DNA of 64,000 bases from positions 124,001 through 188,000 of the forward strand of contig OY253684.1 in assembly GCA_958009085.1 (NCBI GenBank), read 5' to 3'. The position numbers were made by a program, and so were the translations under genes. The stretch comes from Protoeuglena noctilucae (taxonomy: Eukaryota). Below the pieces are notes generated by a model, which had not been told where the DNA came from, searched no databases, and was given only the letters and a program-made list of their open reading frames with translations. Positions 1-19,769 of the stretch are shown in pieces. Position 1 is the first letter of the stretch. Every line of letters starts with the position of its first letter.

Positions 1-945
1 GATCAGAAGGAACTCCCCGTCGTTGTCGAACACGCGGGCCACGGAGCCGGGGACGCGAACGGTCACTTGGAACTAAGGGGGAATGGGGAGGGATAGTCAG
101 TGATTGGGTATGGCGAAGGGTCACTTGGAACTAAGGGGGAAGGGCGGGAGGGAGTTAGTGCGCGTGAGAGGGGGTGACGATATGAGCGCACGGGTGAGGG
201 AATGCTGAGCGATGGTTGGTGGCACCGCACATTGGGAGTTGTCAGGGAGGGAGGTGAGAGTGTGCGTTGGAAATGCAGCAAACGCTACCATTACTCTCTC
301 TCTGCTGCCCCCCATCTATGCTACACTGCGCTCACCAGCACATACGTGGCCAGCCAGTCGTCCTCGACGTTGTCGCCGAACTGCATCGTGCCCCAGAGGT
401 GCGGGACATCGCCGGCGCCCCTGCAGACGCGAAGAGAGCGCAGCTGGCGAGACAAAAGGCCTTGCACAAGCGTCTCACAGCCAAGCGTGCACGCCGCGAG
501 GCATCTCCGGCATCAACGACGTCGCGATGTTACATTATTTACATAATGCTACAAATACATCGCTCACCGGCCGTCCGGAGCGTCGATCGGGGACGGGGAG
601 TCGGTGCTGCGGCGCAGAGCGAAGGGATCCCGCTGCCATATGTAGCCCCGCGCGACCTCCGCCAGGACCGTCATCGCCTCCACCTCCAGGGACGCGAGAG
701 ACGATTCCGCATCCTGGCCTGGGGACGCAGACGAGCGAGGTTGATCCGGCAACGCGCTTGTGAGCAGTTCTCCGGCGGCGGAGAGACGCGTCCGCGAATC
801 TGATGTCACACATGTGTACTCTACGAATATAAGCAAACGCTGCGTCGCCCCATGTCTCACCGGGCGCGGGGAAGAGGAAGAACGTCGCCGCGTTGGCGTC
901 ATGCTCGAGGTCGTCCAGCCCGAGCAGCTCGCGGACGCCGGCCAT
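1..945 (-). CDS. ECD: Ecdysoneless (ECD/hSGT1-like) protein, 5' part; runs off the window start
   Basis: Spliced exons give MAGVRELL..., YIWQRDPF, HLWGTMQFGDNVEDDWLATYVL and RVFDNDGEFLLI, which are typical N-terminal Ecdysoneless motifs. Confidence 0.88.
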
Positions 946-1414
946 CGCGACGCGGCGCGGACGGACAGAGTACGAGGTCAGGAGTAGCAGAGAGCTGCAA
1001 ATGGGACCATCGCCTATCCCAGGGAGCGGAGCGTGACCCAGGACGGACGCAAGCACTAAAGGTCGGCGTGGCGGACCCCGGGGATCGACGGAGCTCGTCT
1101 GACGGGCAGCGGAACATTGTTATCAGGCTTGCAACGCTGCTGGGATAAATAGCCACCCGCGAGCAGCCTCGCCAGTCCTGTGCCGCACGCGCCTGTCCCG
1201 AGCCCCGCCGCGCCTGCCTGACCCCGCGCACGCCTCCCGCCACTTTGTATTCCTGCGGCAGCGATCGTCTCAACCTGCCGAAAGTGTCGCGCGGCCGTTG
1301 CTTCGACAGGGCGCAAGACAGCCCCTGACGTCTGCGCGAGGAGGGACGGCGCGCGCACGGGGAGGCTCTGTTTCAGCATTAGGCCCTGCTTGTCGCCTTG
1401 TTTATTAGCTTCTC

Positions 1415-4400
1415 ATGGTGGCGCTGGAGGAGCCCCGCGGGGGGCCCGCAGGTCCGGCGGGGCTGGACCCGACGGCAGCGCAGCTCCTCGACCGCTTCCT
1501 GGACGCGGCGGACAACACGGCGGCGTTTCTGCGCCCGAACGAAGCCCTCGCATCGGAGGCGCGGAGCGTGGCGAAGGTGCGGCGGCCGCGGGGTCCGGCC
1601 ATGCGCCGGCGGGGGCAGGCGGGCGGTCCTAGCAACCGCGCCCTCCCGGGCGGCCGTCCGGGCCCCATTGCGCCGCGCGAGCCTCGCAGCGCTTAGATAG
1701 GGTATCTCATTACAACATGTAACTCTTCGTTTCTTTCGCTCCAGGCCCTTTTCGACCACACGTTGCGCCTGGCCAGGACCCGCAACGGCGCCGACCCGGA
1801 CGCGGAGGCGCCGCGGCTGCACGTCGACGGCTTCCACGCGGAGCAAATATGGGCACAGATGGACATGGAGGTGCGGTCGCGGCCCTCCCGCAGCGGCTAC
1901 CGCGTCCGCACGCGGGTGCAGTCGTAATGTCGCACCGTACAACCCGCGTCCACCGCCGCCTCGCCGCCCGCGCAGGTCGGCCCGCTGGTGAAGCGCGTAC
2001 GGAGACTTCTGAAGCGCTGCGGCGGGGACGGCGCGGACGTCTCTCTGCTCACGAGCGAGGCGCGCGACCTTTTGCGTGCTCTGGAGGAGGGCGGAGTGCC
2101 CGGCGGGGCTCTGGAAGGCGGCGATGGGGACTGGATGGACGATGATTACGATGATTATGAGGAGAATGACACGGGAACGGGCACCGGGACTGGCACAGTT
2201 ACAGGGACGGAGGCGGGGGGGTCGGGTCAAGGGTGGGAGGAGGAGGATGGGGGGCGGGCATTGGTGGGGGAAGGGTCGTTGGAGGGCAGGGACGGGCGGG
2301 AGCTGCTGCCGACGGAAGACGAGTTCTTTCGGTAAGTGGATGCGGCAATGTGTGTATATGCTTGATAGGGTGCAGATGGGCGTGCTAACATGAGCACGTG
2401 TGCTTTCACTCTAAGTAAGCACGTATGTTTGTATTTGTTGCAGTTTGGATGAGATGGAGGCGTTTGTGAGGGAGGCAGAAGAACAGGCGATGGAGGGGGG
2501 GGAGTCGAGCGACGGTGGGGAGGGCGAGGGAGAGGGCGATGATGGGGGTGGGGGTGACGTGGGGGATGAGGAGGATGCGGAAATGGAGGTGAGGAGATAA
2601 GAGGGGGTGGGCAGGGAGATAAGCAAGTGATGTAGAGGGTGGGTGCGGGTATGGGGTGGGTTAGCGTTCTTGCGTATTCGCCCTCTCTCACAAGTGACCA
2701 GCCATCGTGCTCTGCTCAACTTTACCCATCCACACATGCTTGCGCTCCCCTTTCACCACCCATGCTACCCCTCACCACCCCACGCACCCCTCCCCACCAT
2801 CCCTAACCCCCATCCCCACTCCCCACCCCCATTCACCCCCCCAGGCCCTGCTAGACCGCGAGTATCGCCGCGCCAAGGCCGAGAGCGCCGCCGCCAAGAG
2901 CCGCGACTACGGCGCTGACCCAGGGAGTGATGCTGAGTCAGGCAGTGGCGACGACGACGCTGATGGGGAGGGCATATTGGGCGACATGGGGGGTGATGAT
3001 GATGAGGGTGACGGCGGGGGTATGAAAGAGGCTACGTATGAGGATTTCTTCGGACCTAGGCGGCGGGGGGGAGCGGGGGCGGGGCGGCGGGGTGGTGGGG
3101 TGGGCGGGGGTGGGCGTGAGGGTGGGGTGGGGGCGGGTGCGGGTGGGGGTGCGTGGGGCGGGGATGAGGGCAGCGATGGGGATATGGAGTTGGATGATAT
3201 GGATATGGATGAGGATGGGTCGCTGGGGGAGGAGGATGAGCGGGATCACTTGGGAACGGGCACTGCGCGCCGCATGCGCAAGCGTGGGCTGCTGGATGAC
3301 GATCACGATAACGATGGGGATAACGATGATGATGATAAGGATAAGGATGATAAGTCCCGTCTGTCTCGCCACGAGCGGCGCATGCTGGCGATCCGAGAGC
3401 GCATCGCGGATTTGGAGGAGCGTGCGGCAGGGGAGCGGCCGTGGTATCTGATGGGAGAGGCGGACGCGAGTCGGCGTCCGCTGAACAGCGCTCTTGCGTT
3501 GGATTTGGATTTCGAGAGGGGGGTGCGGCCGCCGCCCGAGCCCACGGCAGAGACGGCCGACGCGATCGAGGGGGTCATACGCAGGAGGATCGTGGATAAG
3601 GTGAGTTGGTTGTAGATGGATTGGGAGTGTAATACTCTTATGTATGGGTGTTCGACGGGGTGATACGCAAGAAGGTTATCGATAAGGTGAATATGGGCAT
3701 ATATATATATGGGTGATTGAGGGGGTCATACGCAGGAGGATTGTCGATGAGGTGAGTGATGTGGGTGTTATATCTGGGGGATTGCATGGGTGATATCTGT
3801 TGTCTCAGTAACTACCATTTTACATAATATAAATATCAAGAGCCGTAGCATCCACTCATGTCCCAGCTGTTACACTGCGTTGGGATGACGTGGTGTGCGT
3901 GCTGTGCCTGTTATCACCTCCCCCCCCCTTTAAACGCACGTTGGGACGACGTGGTGCGCGTGGTCACCAACCAAAGTATTATAACTATTTCTTTTTCTAT
4001 ATATTACGAACTACTACCATTCCCCCCATCTCCCTCACTCAGCGTTGGGACGACGTGGTTCGCGTGGTGAGGGTGGAGGAGAAGAAACGTGCCAGGCTGG
4101 TGGAGCTGAGTGACGACAAGCACAAGGAGGGACTGGGGGAGATATACGAGAAAGAATACGTGGCGGCGAAGACAGGGGCGGGGGTGGCGGGTGAGGGGGG
4201 GTGGTGGGGTGGGGTAGTGGGGTGGGTGAGGGTGGCAGTGGGGTGGGGGTGGCAGGCGAGGGTGGCAGTGGTGGGGTGGGGTGGTAGCGTGGGTGGTGGG
4301 TGATTCCAGGCACGTATCAGGTTGTAACTAATCCATGTCATCGCCGCTCAGCGCTTCTCCATCGTCGCTCATCCATCGACACTTATCAAGTACTCATCAT

Positions 4401-5544
4401 TCATTACTATCTCTGTGATTATCACTAGTACTCATCCACACACGCAGACAAGGACGACCCAATTCGCCAGGAGGCCCTCTCCCTGTTCCAGCAGCTGTCT
4501 GGCAAACTGGATGCCCTGACGCGGTTCCACTTCGCGCCCAAGCCAGTGGTGGACGAGATGAGGGTGCAGGTGAGGGGGGAATGGGGAGGGATGGGAATGG
4601 GTAAATGGGTCTGGATGAGATGCGGGTGCGGGCCACATCAACCCACCTTCTTCTTTCATTTACAATCCATCATTGCTGACATAGACCCACTCTCGTCATC
4701 TCTCCCTTATCCATCCCAGGCCAGCGTCCCTTCTCTCGCCATGGAGGAGGTGCTGCCCGTGTCGGTGGCCCCCGGGGATACCCTGGCGCCAGAAGAGGTG
4801 TTTAAGTCCAAGCAGGGGGCAGACGTGAAAGCAGAGGGGGAGATGAGCCGGGAGGAGAGGAAGAGGAGGAGGGCGAAGGTGAGAGAGATGAAGAGGGGGA
4901 GGTGTTACTAGATGGTTGCATAGTGACACTTGATGGGTGCTGTGTATTGGTGATGTGTGGGGTGAGCAGGGAGGAGAGGAAGAGGAGGAGGGCAAAGGTG
5001 CGTATGACAGGAGTGGGGTGGGGTGGGGTGTGGGGGTGGCGCAGAGTGCTTTATCACCTTCAGCTAATGAGTGCAACGAATGCATGGTTAGTACATACCA
5101 CTCCCCATCCCCTCTCTCCCACCACAGAAGAAGCGCGTGGGCTCCCGCATCAAGCACGAGCGCGAGGAGCGGAGGCGGGTGGCCGACGAGGCCCGCGCCG
5201 CCGGGATTCGATCCGAATCGCGGGAGGAGGCGGACAAGGGTTTGAATCCGAGGGGCGTTAAAACGCAAAGGCGCGCGGGGGAGAGGAGCGAGTTCGGGAA
5301 ATCGGCGTCGGTGTTTGCGCGGATGCAGGAGGTGGCAGAGATGGAGAGGGCGGGGGTGAAGGTGAGTTGCAAGGGGTGTGTGTGTGTGTGTGGATTGATC
5401 GTGCAAAGTGGCCAAAGTCATCTATTAATCTATCTGTGCATTTTTAATATTCGATATTTGAATTTGAATCTCTCCCCGCAGGTCTGGCAGGCCAAGAAGG
5501 AGGCGGCCAAGGTCCCAGGGCAGGCGGCAAAGCTGCGGCTGTGA
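1415..5544 (+). CDS. MPP10: U3 snoRNP protein MPP10 (multi-exon)
   Basis: Motifs LHVDGFHAEQIWAQM, a long acidic region, PWYLMGEADASRRPLNSAL.LDLDFE, RWDDVVR, GLGEIYEKEY and LAMEEVLP..APEEV; ends AAKLRL-TGA. Confidence 0.93.
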
Positions 5545-6169
5545 CGACGATGCTCTACACGCATTGCTGCCTGGTTGGTATAACGATGCTATCGCTGCTG
5601 CGGCTGTGACACGCACATCGCTGGCTCATCGATGCTCAACAATCACATGGCAGCTGCGGCTGTGACGCGCAAAGCACGATGCCGGGTGCGGCTGCTCTGG
5701 CTGACTGAAAGGCCTTATCTTTGCATGCCGGTGCTTCGCAGCGCCAATGTGCTGTGCCCCCGTGCTGCATGTAACGTGCTGCGCTGATGTGCTGTGCCGA
5801 TCATGCGCCGTTGCGTTCAAACAGTGCACCGTTTGAAAGTCTCAAAAAGAGCTGCAGCCCCTTCCATTTCAAAAGAGATGGAAGATGGCAGGGTCACGAT
5901 TGCAATATCACAGTAGTACGGGCGCGGTGCCGGCGTCTTGCCAAGCAAGGGGCCACATTCACACTGCTTGGCCACCGTCCCTTACTTCCCCAAACAAACC
6001 AAACCAACCAGTCACTTCACTCCCCATCTCTCCATTTTTCCTTCACTCCCCCATGAAGGAATAATTATTCCCTCACTTCCCCTTCTTCTTCCCACTCTTG
6101 GATCCCTCCATGTCCTTTGTGGATCGCGACAGCCCCCCACCTCCCTTATTCCATTATCCCCTCACTTCC

Positions 6170-14388
<8,219 letters not shown>

Positions 14389-14593
14389 GACATCCGCAAA
14401 GGAACCGGAAGGAAAGCCTAAAGGCTGGCCGACATGTCCGACGTCGGCAGGCCGGAAAAGTGGCACACGTCTTCAATCGCCGCTCGCTAGGCCGCGAAGT
14501 GCACGGGGCAGAAAGAAACGCCCCCCGCCAGTCTGCATTTGCCCTTCCACTGAACAGCCGTCGCCAATGACTACCAATCAAAAAGTCGTTGCT

Positions 14594-15181
14594 TTACATG
14601 CGGGACAGGATGAGGGCTCCCACTGCCGAGAAAGCCGCGGCGGCTGCCGTGGCGATGATGACCGCGAACCCGGCTGCGAGGTTGGGCAGCCTGCGAAGCG
14701 GAGAGAGACGCGAGACGGTCCGACGCGCACGTGACACGTAAAGCAAGCGCGAGCATGCGTTAGTGGCCGGCATGCGCTGCGCAACGCACCGCAGCTTGCT
14801 TTGGAGCCATTCGGCCGTCCGCCGCACAAAGGGCGACATCGCCGCGGCCCCGCCGATCCGGAACGGCCGCGTGACGTTATTGCTCGCCCACATCAGTACC
14901 ACCAGAGACATGACGGCCTGCGAATGGGTTGGGCGGTGCGTGAATTTAGCGTGTCTAGTGATTGTTCCTTGTCGCCCTACCAAATATCGACACAGCGGGT
15001 GGCCCCTAACCTTGATGTCCTGGACCGGATTGATCTGCTTCGTCCGCTCGATGGTCAGGAACGCCACGCAGAAGGCGATCGTGTACGTCACGGCGTCGAG
15101 GAGACCGTACGCGACCACCGCGCTGAATCCCAGGCTCGCGAGCTTCTGCCGGCTGAAGCGCTCCTTCGCGAACCAGCCCAT
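14594..15181 (-). CDS. Small multi-pass membrane protein of unknown function (possibly DUF1279-like); start may lie further upstream
   Basis: Three exons: MGWFAKERFSRQKLASLGFSAVVAYGLLDAVTY.., ..WASNNVTRPFRIGGAAAMSPF.. and LPNLAAGFAVII..RM-TAA. Confidence 0.7.
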   Translation of the reverse strand: MGWFAKERFSRQKLASLGFSAVVAYGLLDAVTYTIAFCVAFLTIERTKQINPVQDIKVRGHPLCRYLVGRQGTITRHAKFTHRPTHSQAVMSLVVLMWASNNVTRPFRIGGAAAMSPFVRRTAEWLQSKLRCVAQRMPATNACSRLLYVSRARRTVSRLSPLRRLPNLAAGFAVIIATAAAAAFSAVGALILSRM

Positions 15182-15844
15182 GATGGGATTGCTCGGCGTT
15201 CCTGAGCCGGGGATCGGGGACGGTGCGCGTCGCGGTCGAAAAGGACAGAGATTTTGCGCGGACACCCAGCGCGCGGGCGTAGTCACCCTGAACCGCCGAT
15301 TCGCTGGACCCGATCAGAAGCGATCCCCCGACGGGATAGATCTGCAGGCTCTCTCCCTTCCCCGCCGCGACCGATGGGCCCCGCATGCGCCCCTCAAGCA
15401 TCAGCGTCCCCCTCCGCTCCCGCCCACGCGTCTGCTGCCGACCCGGCACCGCCGGGAGGCGCGCAAGACATGCTTGCATGCTGCCGAGCAGCGGGGGCTG
15501 CGGCGGTGGCCGTCAGTGACAGGAAACGCGCTTAACAACACAATTTGGACACCACACGCACAGACGCAAAGCCCGCTCCACCGATCTGCGCTAATGTATC
15601 GCCTTGCTTTCCACGCATACGGCTGGGACGACTCACAGATCGAGGCAAGCCCTACAGCAACGTGCCAGACAAGCGTGTGCGCTACGCCCCTCGTTCTTAC
15701 TCCACCAGTGCGTCCCTTGCCCTCTCAATGACACGCCGCATCGCCTTGCGCATAGTACTATCTATTCGCAGCTTCAAAAAGCCGAGCGAGCGCGTCAGTT
15801 TGCCCAGCTAAAGCCACCAAAATGCGAGCACCGGTCCTTGTCGG

Positions 15845-18800
15845 TCACGCGTGCCCGAATCCCAAGCTGGAGGGGTAGTCGTCTTCCCCGAAGCTCCTCG
15901 CGTGGATCAGCACGCCCAGCGGCGTCGTCGAGAACGCATCGCGCTCGTCAGGGTCCGCCGCAAAGTCCACCTCCACCGAAGCACGATAGGGCGTGCCACG
16001 GGCGATGGGGATTGGAGCCGACGCCTCCCTCTGTGACCTCATAGCGGAGCTTCCCATCTGGCTGGTGTTGTCATGAGAGAAGCCGGAAGAGTCCTCCTCG
16101 CCGTCGTTGGAAGCGTCCCAGCCGCGCACCGCCACCTTGCGTGTAGCTAACCCTCCCCCGCCGCCCACCCCGTCCTCTGACGCAGCGACCGGGACCGACC
16201 CCATCCCCACCCCCGCAACCGCCACCGCACCGCCCATAGAGTCTTCCGATAAGCGCTCGGGTTGCCCATTGGATGGCAACGAAGCCGTATCGATCTCCCC
16301 CACGCTCTCCGCCACCCCCAGCCCCACTCTCTCCGCCACCCCCACCCCCGCCAGCCTCGCCAGGTCCGCCGCGCCGTCTCCCGCGTACTCCCCCTCCGTG
16401 TGAGAGCGCGCGCCCCGCTCCCCCGGGCTCACCAGCCCCGGCCCAGACGACACAACTGAACAAGCACGCGACCTCGCGGGCGATGCCGGCTCCGATGCAG
16501 GGCGGGGCGCCACGTCGCCGGGTCACGACCCCGCGGGTAACGACGCCATCGCTGCGCCCGGCGCCGAGCCCTCCGTGCTGCCGCCCGCCGTGGATGCGTG
16601 GGCAGGCGGTCGTGCGCGTGGCTTGACCCCCAACACGTCGGCGCTGCTGCGGGCGCGGACCATGGCAGGCGCGCCCGGGCGGCGGTCGCGGGGGTGGTTG
16701 TCGTGACCGATGACAGCGGCTGAGCCCTGGCGGTGGTGGTGGGCGCGGCGGTGGCGGCCGTGGTCCTCTGCCGTCGCGGCGTCAAGCGGGGCAGCCCCCA
16801 GTCGCGAGGGGTGCGCGGGGCGGGTGCCGGACGTCGCGGCGTGGTGCCCGGCGCCACCGGACGAGTGCGCGGAGGCGGCGTGCAGGGGGCTGGCGGGGCG
16901 GGTCTGCCCCACCACCACGATGTGCGACCGGGACGCCCCGCCCTGGGGCGTGCTCCGCAGCAGCGTGCCCTTGTTATCGCGCACCTCGCGCGCAGGCGGG
17001 GCCGCGGGCAGCGACCGGTCGCGCCGAGGGGGCAGGTGCGCAGATGCAGATGTCGCGTTCTGCCCAGAGCCATGGGCAGACCCGGACGCCACCACCGCTG
17101 CCGCCGCCGATGCGCCCGGCGCGGGCCCATGCGCAGAGCCGGATGCGACTGCCGTTGCCACTGCTCCCGCCGGGGGTTCCATCCCCGGCCCTGCGTTACC
17201 GTCGCCGTCAGCTTTGGTCGACACCGCCGCAGTCGGGGGCTCGGGAGGGTCTCCTGTGGCTGTGGCTTTGGGTGCGATGTCGGCACCGGCCATGTCGATG
17301 TTTAGCTGCTGGCTGGACTGCTGCGGGGGTGGGGGGGGATGGGGGGGGGGGGTCGCTGATGTGATGTGAGCAGCAGGGCTTGGGGAAGGTGTGTGGGGAG
17401 GGTGTGAGGGGGTCACGAGCGAACATCGACAGCGCACACTAGCACGTGACAGCAAGCTCTACTCCCAACACACACCCCACTTGATCGCTCGCACATCAAC
17501 TCACCAGCACGCGCGACAGCTTGTTGGCCTTGACCGCTGGGTCCTCCCCCACGCGCGGCGCGTAATGCTGCCGGCGGCGGTTGAGGTCGGCGCGGGCCAC
17601 CCTCCCCACCCCGTAAAACGCCACATGCGCGAGCTTGGTGCGGTCATGAGTGCGTGCCACGCGCCCCGCCAGGACCTGGGCGGCGTGGTGGGCCGTCATG
17701 GCCACGCACACCGCCTCCTCGTGTTGCTTCAGGAGGGCGAGGGCGTAGCGGAAAAGGACCTTGGCCCCCTCGGACAGGAGGGTATCGAACACGCGCGCCA
17801 CGCTGTCCCAGGGGAGGGCGCAGACGAAGAGCGTCGAGAACCAGTCGCCGCTGCGAGTAGTGGGGAGATGGGGAGAGAGGTAAACAACAGAGAGATGGGG
17901 AGAGAGGTGAGGGACAGAGAGATGGGGAGAGAGGCAGTCGCCGATGTGGGCGGGGTGGTTAGGTGGGGGGAGAGGTGGGGAACAGAGAGATGAGCGGCAC
18001 CATAAGCGAAACTCCCATGCCACCCCACCCCGCCCCTCACCACAGCGCCATGAGGGGCTCCCCCACGCGGTCCAGTGCCCCCGAGAGCCTCGGGAGCTTG
18101 CTCTTGACCAGGTCCCTCAGCACATGCAGCTCGACATGCAGCCCCTCCTGCCCCGCCGTGTGCAGCTCCGGGTGAAGGATGCGCTCCACCAGGGCCGCCA
18201 GCGTCCAGAACACTGCGGGCGTCATGGATGATTACATATGATTACATTATCACAGTGTCAATATGAGCAATCGCAGCAGCGGCGCCGCCCTGGGGATGAG
18301 AAGAGTCACGGGGAGCAGTCGCGATTGCAACCATCGCACAGTCGGCAGCACAGTCGGCAGCCTTTAACACAGGCAGACGGCACCAACTGCTTGCAATGAC
18401 AACCATTAGGCAGCAACAGCCATAACCCCTTCTCTCACCCATCTCTTCTCCCTGGATGGAGTAGACGGAGAGCAGGAAGCCCGCCACCTGGCTCAGACAT
18501 GGGATGCTGTACCCGGCAGCTGGGTTCTGCATAGAACAAGCCAGAGCAGGGTGCTTGTCTGATAATGCGACTGCGAGTATCCATGCCTCCTATTGTCGAC
18601 CGCATGTGCGCTTCAGAGCAACGCAGGTAGTCACGCCCCCTCGAAAGACCTCACCTGGACGGCGTAGGCGGTGAGGACGCGCCGGAGGGCGTCGCAAGCC
18701 GCGCCGGTGCCCAGCAGCGGGTGCGTGGGGAACTGCCGGCTGCCCGCGGCAATCTGGGCGCGCACGAGGGGCAGGAGGGCCGAGGCCGCGGGGCCGCGCG

Positions 18801-19288
18801 TCAGGCTGGCGTAGTAGCCTTCCGGAAACCGCGCCTGCATGTACGCGGCGCCGCTCACGGCCGGCCAGAGCTTCGGGCGGAGCTCGTAGGGAACGCCGTT
18901 GCGGAAGGCGCGCTTCAGCGGGCGCGTGAGGGCCGGGCGGCGGCCGAAGTAGGACGTGGGGCCGGTCGGAAGAGCCATCTGATGATTACTGTACCAGAAA
19001 TCCGTCTTGAGCTCATCGCGGTTGGACCTGCGCGGAGAGGCGGGGCTCGCAAATCCGGAGCGGCAGCGAGGACGCCCCACGCCGCGGCGGCCCTCGCCGC
19101 TGCAGCCCGCGCGCAGCCAGCCTCGTTCCGCGAATCCCTGCCCACCTCTCCCTCTCGCGCTGCTCCTCGCCCGTAAGCGCGGGGATGGTCTTGCCGTACC
19201 CGTCACGTGCCGAACCCCCCAGCGCGTGCGCGGAGCTCCCGGCCCCCGGAACAGCCCGGGACGTCATAGTCGTGGCCCCTGGAGACAT
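15845..19288 (-). CDS. TBC/Rab-GAP domain protein with degenerate catalytic motifs; in-frame TGA at 16523-16525 (the CDS may end there)
   Basis: Motifs LKRAFRNGVPYELRPKLW, LRRVLTAYAVQNPAAGY, EEMVFWTLAALVE and WFSTLFVCALPWDSVARVFDTLLSEGAKVLFRYALALL. Confidence 0.85.
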
Positions 19289-19769
19289 GACAGAGCCCGG
19301 GGAGCTTTGGGAAATCACTGCGCGGCCTCCACCAGACCGGTACACATGGTGGGCATGAACAACGCAGGCTCCCCTCCCACAGCAATCGTCCAGCGTCCTG
19401 AGAGCGCCACTCTGCCTCTGCAAGGCCAGCCCAGCGCACCTGGCGGTGATGGGCCCGCTGTGCTGGCCCGAAGCGCACTGTTCGAACGAAAGCTTTATAT
19501 CCATGACTGCTTGGAGTGTGACTCTTCAGCTGCTGAACGCAACAGGGAGAGGGGGGCGGCCTGCAGCCTGATGTGCTGCTGCGGCGTGCTCCGAACTGAC
19601 AACAACACGACTGGCACTCGAAGTCGCTTCCGAGACGCAAGTGCGAGCTTATTCACAATACTATCGAACGTCTCACCCGTCGGCGCATCCCATCTCGGCC
19701 TCCCCTGTCACGCGCTTCGTTGGCAGCCCTTCCGAGCAGCTACCTTGCTGTGAAGCAGGCCGTTTGCAA

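Noticed and set aside
15845..16525. Genome-wide stop-codon reassignment
   Set aside because: TGA, TAA and TAG all terminate conserved genes at the expected positions in this window.
17860..17940. Repeated GAGATGGGGAGAGAGG units as a CRISPR-like array
   Set aside because: Short intronic minisatellite in a eukaryotic gene, with no proper spacers or cas genes.
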